Assembly: GCA_963785035.1 (NCBI GenBank) | Contig: CAWATG010000001.1 | Location: forward strand, 133,879-197,878 | Source: an uncultured Acidimicrobiia bacterium | Lineage (GTDB): Bacteria; Actinomycetota; Acidimicrobiia; IMCC26256; CAWATG01 | Direction of reading: 5' to 3' | Length of the DNA stretch: 64,000 nucleotides | Shown here: in pieces, positions 58,571 through 64,000 of the stretch | Layout: every line of letters starts with the position of its first letter | Numbering within the stretch: the first letter of the stretch is position 1 | Made by a program: the position numbers and the translations under genes | Notes under the pieces: model-generated | Seen by the model: only the letters and a program-made list of their open reading frames with translations | What the model was told of the DNA's origin: nothing | Databases searched by the model: none

Positions 58571-59180
58571 ATGACTCTGGTCTGGGTGCTGCTACCAGTT
58601 GCGTATCTCCTGGGGACCTTCCCGAGCGCCCATCTGACGGCGCGCGCAACGGGCCACAACGTGATGGCCGAGGGATCGGGGAATCCCGGCGCCTCCAATA
58701 TCGCCCGGCTGGCCGGATGGAAGGCCGGTCTGGTGGTGCTGGCAGCCGACTTCGCCAAGGGCGCCGTCGCGTCGGGTATCGGGATGGCGGTGGAGGGCCG
58801 CTCGGGCGCATATGCCCTCGGAGTTGCCTCCGTTGTGGGGCACATTGCGCCGGTTACTCGCCGATTCAAGGGAGGCAAGGGGGTCGCCACGGGCGGCGGG
58901 GCCTTGGTGGTGTCTGTTTCCGTGGATCGTGTTGGCACTCGCTGTGGTGTGGGGTTCAATCGCTCGCGGCCTGGGCAAGGCATCGGTGGCGTCGCTCGTC
59001 ATAGCATTGGGCTTTCCTGTCCTCGTCGGAGTCTTTACACGCTCCGTCACTGAAACCACGGTTATCAGCGCGCTGGCCGTGCTGGTGATCGCGAGACATG
59101 CAACCAACGTTCGCCGGCTGGTTCGGGGCGAAGAGCACTCGCTCGGTGACGGAACGCCCGTGCAGGGTCATGGCGCCTGA
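58571..59180 (+). pseudogene. plsY: glycerol-3-phosphate acyltransferase PlsY, reading frame broken once
   Basis: The join is ...EGSGNPGASNIARLAGWKAGLVVLAADFAKG...HIAPVTRRFKGGKGVATGGGALVV | LFPWIVLALAVVWGSIARGLGKASVASLV... The extra base lies near 58912. Confidence 0.85.
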
Positions 59181-59222
59181 CGCTGCGGGGTGGCGTACCG
59201 CCCATCCATGAAGGAGACAACG

Positions 59223-60104
59223 ATGCAGCGAGTGCGAACAGCTGTGATTCCCGCGGCGGGACTTGGCACACGTTTTCTTCCGGTCACCAAGAGCATTCCC
59301 AAGGAGATGCTGCCGATCGTCGATGTCCCGTCGATCCAGTTCGTGGTCGAGGAAGCCGTACGTGCCGGGATCGTGGACATCCTGATCATCACCGGGCGCG
59401 GGAAGGGCGCGATCGAAGATCACTTCGACCGCAATGTGGAACTGGAGTTGGCGCTCGAAAGCTCCGGCAAGTCCGAACAGCGAGAAGCCGTGCGCGCAAT
59501 TGCCGAGATCGCGAACGTGCATTTCGTTCGCCAACGCGATCCACTGGGCTTGGGACACGCCGTGTCCTGCGCGCGTCAACACGTCGGCAACGAACCATTC
59601 GCTGTCATGCTCGGCGACGACATCATGATCGACGACTCGATATTGCTGCGCACGATGATCGAAACCTCTGAGCGTTTCAACAGCTCGGTCTTGGCCCTGA
59701 AGGACGTGCCGCCCGAGGAGATATCGGCATATGGCTGTGCCACACCCGAACACATCGAGGACGCTGTCGTGCGCGTGCATGGTGTTGTCGAGAAGCCCAA
59801 CCCACGTGATGCGCCATCGAGCCTCGCAGTGATCGGTCGTTACGTGTTCACGCCTGAAATCTTCGACGCGATCGACGAAACCAAACCCGGTGTGGGCGGA
59901 GAGATTCAGCTCACCGATGCGATCGAGCTCTTGATCCAATCGCAGGCCGTCCATGGGTGCGTCTTCACGGACGGTCGCTTCGATATTGGCCAACGGGTCG
60001 ATTTCCTCCGTGCGAACATCGAAGTTGCCTTGGGGCGTGCCGATACGGGTCCCGAACTCGAGCGCTATCTCGTCGAGCTCGTGGCGCGCCGCATGGTGAC
60101 ATGA
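59223..60104 (+). CDS. galU: UTP--glucose-1-phosphate uridylyltransferase
   Basis: ORF 59190..60104, with the start moved to ATG 59223 (AAGGAG 6 nt upstream). It carries AVIPAAGLGTRFLPVTKSIPKEMLPIVD and VEKP. Confidence 0.92.
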   Translation: MQRVRTAVIPAAGLGTRFLPVTKSIPKEMLPIVDVPSIQFVVEEAVRAGIVDILIITGRGKGAIEDHFDRNVELELALESSGKSEQREAVRAIAEIANVHFVRQRDPLGLGHAVSCARQHVGNEPFAVMLGDDIMIDDSILLRTMIETSERFNSSVLALKDVPPEEISAYGCATPEHIEDAVVRVHGVVEKPNPRDAPSSLAVIGRYVFTPEIFDAIDETKPGVGGEIQLTDAIELLIQSQAVHGCVFTDGRFDIGQRVDFLRANIEVALGRADTGPELERYLVELVARRMVT

Positions 60105-61343
60105 TCGACCTCGCTTCGGCGCGTGCGGAGATCTTGGACGCGATCGGCACCCTTGCCCCGGAGACGATGTCCGTGCAGGCACTGGCGTCGGAGGCGCGTC
60201 CTGGGCCCCGGACGTTGCTCGCCGACGTCGTCTCCGCGCACAGCGTGCCGCCGTTCGCGAACTCTGCAATGGATGGATATGCCGTTCGTGCGGTGAACAC
60301 CGCTTCGGCTCGCCAGGATGCGCCGATCGAACTGCGTGTTGTCGGTGAGTTGCCGGCCGGTCGTGCGCCAACGACGCCGGTTGGTGACGGTGAGGCGATT
60401 CGCATCATGACCGGCGCGCCGATGCCCGATGGTGCCGACGCGATCGTCATGGTCGAGCGCACCACACGCGCTGGTGACGACGCAGTGCTGATCCATCATG
60501 CGGCAATCTCGGGTGATCACGTTCGTGGTACGGGTGGCGATGTCCACGCCGGCGAGGTGGTGCTGGCCGCCGGCGCACGGCTCGGTCCCGCGGCGATCGG
60601 TGTCCTGGCGGGGATCGGTTGCCAGGAGGTCCTCGTCAGCGCTCGTGCCAGGGTCGGTGTCCTCTCGACTGGTGACGAGCTCGTGGCCGGGACCGAGCCG
60701 CTCAAGCCCGGTCAAATTCGTGACTCGAACCGTCCCATGTTGCTGGCGCTCGCGAACGAGGCCGGCTGTGACGCAATCGATCTCGGGGTGCTGCCGGACG
60801 ACGAGGCGGTGCTCGAAGCTGCCCTGCTCGATGCGTCGAAGAACTGTGATGCGATTGTCACCAGCGGCGGCGTGTCCGTGGGCGACTACGACGTCGTCAA
60901 GGCGGTCCTCGGACGGATTGCAGCGATGCAGTGGTGGCAGGTGGCGATCAAACCCGCCAAGCCGCTTGCGTTCGGATCGCTCAATGGCGTTCCGATTTTT
61001 GGGTTGCCGGGTAATCCCGTGTCGTCACTGGTGAGTTTCGAGTTGTTTGCGCGGCCTGCCCTGCAGCAGATGATGGGACACGTGCACCGTTTTCGTCCGG
61101 TGGTCGTGGCGCGAGCGGCCCACGACTTCAACCGGCGGGTCGATGCGAAGTTGCACCTCGATCGCGTGGAGCTGACCTGTGTGGATGGGCGCTACGTCGC
61201 AACGCACTGTCGGACGACAGGCGAGCAATGCGTTGGCTGCATCGGCAACGGCCAATGGCTTGGCATTGATCGAAGACGGGCCAGGTGTTGGAGCCGGAGC
61301 GGAAATTCGCGTGATGCGGCTCGACGTGCCGTGTGATCACTGA
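60101..61343 (+). pseudogene. moeA: molybdopterin molybdenumtransferase MoeA, reading frame broken once near the 3' end
   Basis: ATG 60101 overlaps the galU stop (ATGA). The protein carries ..PPFANSAMDGYAV.., SGGVSVGDYD and GLPGNPVSS. The C-terminus continues in the +1 frame (..TVGRQASNALAASATANGLALIEDGPGVGAGAEIRVMRL..) to TGA 61341-61343. The extra base lies near 61205. Confidence 0.88.
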
Positions 61344-61621
61344 CGGAGTGTGGCTCGGCAGGTCCGTGACTCCCGGGGCTGGGTTCGCTCTGGCTCCTCG
61401 ACGGCGCAGCGACCAACTTCTGCCGACGACTCAATGCCTCCCCGAGTGCAGCCATCCGACGCTGCCGTCGTCGTTGGCGCTGTGCCACGTATGTTGCCTC
61501 CATGGCAGTTCCGCCCACCCGGCGGCTACGGAACGTGATCAATATACCACTGTGCGTAATGGGATACAAGGGGAAATTTGGCGCTTTTTGTCCCGGTGAT
61601 CCTGGGTCTACGCTGGGACAC

Positions 61622-62647
61622 ATGACCGGCGTGGCGTTGCTTGACTCGTTTGGCCGGCGCGCTCGTGATCTTCGAATTTCGATCACGGACCGGTGTGATT
61701 TCCGGTGCACCTATTGCATGCCTGCCGAAGGGATGTCGTGGCTGCCCAGGGAAGACCTCCTTACCTATGAGGAGCACTTCCGGATCGCGCGGCTCTGTGT
61801 CGAACATTTTGGGTTCGACGGGATCCGTATCACCGGCGGTGAGCCACTTGTTCGAGCCCACGTGCCGCGTCTGATCGAGATGCTTGCCCCGCTCGGCGTG
61901 GATCTGGCGATGACAACGAATGGGACGAAGCTCTCTGGGCTTGCGCATGACCTGGCGCTGGCAGGTCTCGGAAGGGTCAACATCTCGCTCGATTCCCTCC
62001 GCCGCGATGTCTTCGAGAGGCTCACCCGCCGCGATGCGCTCGATCTCGTGCTCGCAGGTATCGACGCTGCGCTCGACGCCGGTCTGGATCCCGTCAAGAT
62101 CAACTGCGTGGTCATGCGTGGGATCAACGACGATGAACTCGTCGACCTGGCTGCGTTCGGGCGGTCGAAAGGCGTTGGCATGCGCTTCATTGAGTTCATG
62201 CCGCTCGATGCCGATGCCGCATGGTCCCATGACCGCGTGGTTCCCGCGGCGGAAATCCTGGATCGGATCAACACTGTGTTCCCGCTCGTCAGGGAGCAGG
62301 GCAGGTCTGGCATGCGCGACGACGATCTGCACGGCGGCGGTCACGTCGCGCCGGCCGAGCGGTTCACCTATGCGGACGGTGTTGGTGACGTGGGTGTGAT
62401 CGCCAGCGTCACGGAGCCGTTTTGCGGCGACTGCGACCGTGTGCGCGTGACTGCGGAAGGCGGCTTTCGCACGTGCCTCTTCGGTCTCGACGAGTTCGAC
62501 CTTCGTGGGCCGATTCGTGGCGGCGCCTCCGATGCGGAGCTGGCCGCCATATTGGAGGGGGCCGTCGCGAAGAAGTGGTCAGGACACCGAATCGGGCGTG
62601 TTGACTTCGTCAAGCCCCCACGTTCGATGAGTCAGATCGGCGGCTGA
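61622..62647 (+). CDS. moaA: GTP 3',8-cyclase MoaA (radical SAM)
   Basis: ORF 61502..62647, with the start moved to ATG 61622 (ATG 61559 is possible). It carries LRISITDRCDFRCTYCMP and a C-terminal CGDC cluster. Confidence 0.9.
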   Translation: MTGVALLDSFGRRARDLRISITDRCDFRCTYCMPAEGMSWLPREDLLTYEEHFRIARLCVEHFGFDGIRITGGEPLVRAHVPRLIEMLAPLGVDLAMTTNGTKLSGLAHDLALAGLGRVNISLDSLRRDVFERLTRRDALDLVLAGIDAALDAGLDPVKINCVVMRGINDDELVDLAAFGRSKGVGMRFIEFMPLDADAAWSHDRVVPAAEILDRINTVFPLVREQGRSGMRDDDLHGGGHVAPAERFTYADGVGDVGVIASVTEPFCGDCDRVRVTAEGGFRTCLFGLDEFDLRGPIRGGASDAELAAILEGAVAKKWSGHRIGRVDFVKPPRSMSQIGG

Positions 62648-63027
62648 ACGCGGCCACTGCTGCGCGCCAGCCGAGCTCCAGGACGCCCACCACGCACAAC
62701 GCCACGATCGAGAAGCTCGCGACGAAGTCGTGGTCGGTGAAGGTTATTCGCAGCGAAGATCGCGATCGGTACGGCGATGACCCAGGTCAGGACTGCCCGC
62801 CTCCAGCGTCCGGGCGCGCGGTAGAGCCCCGTCGCCAGTGCTACGCCGAACCACGCTACGGCGAAAGGCCAGAGCGTCGTGGCGAAACCGGTTATGCCGT
62901 TGTCTACGTCATGTTCACGTCGACCGAGCGCAACAAAGACGACGAGTCCAAGGAGATCGAACGCCGGCACTGCTTTGGTGAGCAAGGACGTGGTGCTGGC
63001 GGTACTCGTAGGTGTCATCGCAGGCAA
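62610..63027 (-). pseudogene. DUF3054-like small membrane protein, reading frame broken once
   Basis: The join is ...LLGLVVFVALGRREHDVDNGITGFATTLWPFAVAWFGVALATGLY...IAVPIAIFA.. | TFTDHDFVASFSIVALCVVGVLELGWRAVAAAF... The extra base lies near 62745. The gene converges on and overlaps the moaA 3' end. Confidence 0.55.
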
Positions 63028-63089
63028 TTGTCGCGCCCCGCCTGGCGGTGGGTCGCTCCGTGGCCCAGTGCGCCTCCTAGACTGCGCCG

Positions 63090-63590
63090 ATGGCCTCCGA
63101 GTTCACACATCTCGACCCACTGGGTCGCGCCCGAATGGTTGATGTCACTGCGAAGGACGCGACACATCGTCGTGCGGTTGCCAGAGCGCGGGTGCATATG
63201 CAGCCCGAGACCGCTTCGAAGATCGCAGCCGGTGCGATTTCGAAGGGGGACGTGCTGGCAGTGGCGCGGGTCGCGGGGATCCAGGCCGCGAAGCAGACTC
63301 CGAACCTGCTCCCGCTGTGTCATCCGTTACTGATCGGATCCGTGTTCGTGAACTTTCGCATCGAGGATTGTCACGTGGAGGTCGAAGTGCAGGTCGACAC
63401 GGTGGATCGCACCGGAGTCGAGATGGAAGCGCTCACGGCCTGTTCGATAGCGGCGCTCACGATTTACGACATGTGCAAGTCGGTGGATCGTGACATGACC
63501 ATCGGTGACGTCGCGTTGTGGGAGAAACTCGGTGGCAGGTCCGGAACATACCGGCGCACGCCGAATGCCGAGGACGACTACAGCCTGTAA
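63090..63590 (+). CDS. moaC: cyclic pyranopterin monophosphate synthase MoaC
   Basis: 166-aa ORF with MVDVTAKDATHRRAVA, KGDVLAVARVAGIQAAKQTPNLLPLCHPL and GVEMEALTA. Confidence 0.92.
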   Translation: MASEFTHLDPLGRARMVDVTAKDATHRRAVARARVHMQPETASKIAAGAISKGDVLAVARVAGIQAAKQTPNLLPLCHPLLIGSVFVNFRIEDCHVEVEVQVDTVDRTGVEMEALTACSIAALTIYDMCKSVDRDMTIGDVALWEKLGGRSGTYRRTPNAEDDYSL

Positions 63591-63635
63591 ATGGCGTGCT
63601 TGCGTTTGACTTCGCCCCCTTGGGCCATTGACACT

Positions 63636-63700
63636 GGTGGCTCCGGTGATGTGCGGCACCGCCGGGCAGTGTGATCCACCACCTGTTGTTTTGTTCTTGT
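63636..63700 (+). terminator. candidate intrinsic terminator after moaC (nested GC stems followed by a T-rich tract)
   Basis: GGTGG..CGGTG-atgtgcgg-CACCG..CCACC is followed by CTGTTGTTTTGTTCTTGTT. The T-rich run is unusual in this GC-rich sequence. Confidence 0.4.
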
Positions 63701-63734
63701 TAGCTTCCGCGACAGAGAAAGTGGTCGAGGAGCC

Positions 63735-64000
63735 TTGCCAATTCCAGTACTCCTGATACTCGCAGCGCTATGGGCGGCCGTACTCGTGCCGGAGTTTCTC
63801 CGTCGCCGTGTCGAAGGCCGCACTCGCGACTCGATTGGTGAGTTCAGCGACCGCTTGGGTGCGATGGGTCGGCGGACGGGTGTCCATCAGTCGATTCGGA
63901 CCAAGCCCATCCGTGTTGGCACTGCGCCCTCAGGTCCGACACTCCCGCCGATGCCGGGCGGCGGTATGCCCATGGGGCGTCCGGCTGCGTTCACCTCATC
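63735..64000 (+). CDS. hypothetical small membrane-anchored protein, 3' end runs off the window
   Basis: The frame is open from 63675 to the window end. The TTG 63735 start is tentative (GAGGAG lies only 2 nt upstream). The protein reads LPIPVLLILAALWAAVLVPEFLRRRVEGRTRDSIGEFSDRLGAMGRR... with one N-terminal TM helix. It is not in the ORF track because no stop lies in the window. Confidence 0.35.
   Translation, partial: MPIPVLLILAALWAAVLVPEFLRRRVEGRTRDSIGEFSDRLGAMGRRTGVHQSIRTKPIRVGTAPSGPTLPPMPGGGMPMGRPAAFTS

Overview
By eye this is a high-GC chromosome segment; nothing here was computed or searched. It looks like Actinomycetota: a WhiB regulator, a groEL2-type chaperonin behind a perfect CIRCE, GpgS, and a zinc-ribbon/galU/moeA gene order that I recall from Mycobacterium Rv0990c-Rv0994. 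I found no rRNA, tRNA, CRISPR array, transposase or integrase.

Layout:
- 1-2.2 kb: a TreT-like glycosyltransferase (runs off the left edge) and glycerate kinase.
- 2.3-13.4 kb and 21.2-37.2 kb: two halves of a CoA-dependent lipid/steroid-type catabolic supercluster. It holds an Ltp-type thiolase with a DUF35 partner, a double hot-dog hydratase, five acyl-CoA dehydrogenase genes (one a fusion), a P450, two acyl-CoA ligases, an ALDH, an amidohydrolase, a CoA-transferase, SDRs, a Liv-type ABC importer and two ABC exporters.
- About 13.4-20.3 kb: a toxin-antitoxin / abortive-infection island splits the cluster. It has roughly 1 kb with no convincing gene, an unassigned ~290-aa nuclease-like protein, two convergent AbiE modules (one toxin reduced to a stub) and a leaderless HigBA pair. 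A short Cld-family gene follows it.
- 37-64 kb: housekeeping genes. These include gpgS with a HAD phosphatase, a SAM-I-type riboswitch in front of a ThrC-like / MoaD-like sulfur-carrier pair, DtxR, groEL2, hemQ, Nudix, MBL, M20, WhiB, LysR, lipid-modifying membrane proteins, tldD/pmbA, a Ruc-like zinc-ribbon chaperone behind a second CIRCE-like site, plsY, galU, moeA, moaA and moaC.

Main caveat: about 20 genes' worth of reading frames are broken by single-base frame changes. Nineteen behave as one extra base, and they hit core genes such as plsY, moeA and pmbA. I read these as sequence-quality artefacts until shown otherwise, and I label the affected genes pseudogene only in the formal sense.

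The items I consider most worth follow-up are the unassigned island gene(s), the AbiE pair with its duplicated operator, the riboswitch-controlled sulfur-carrier pair and the two CIRCE sites.
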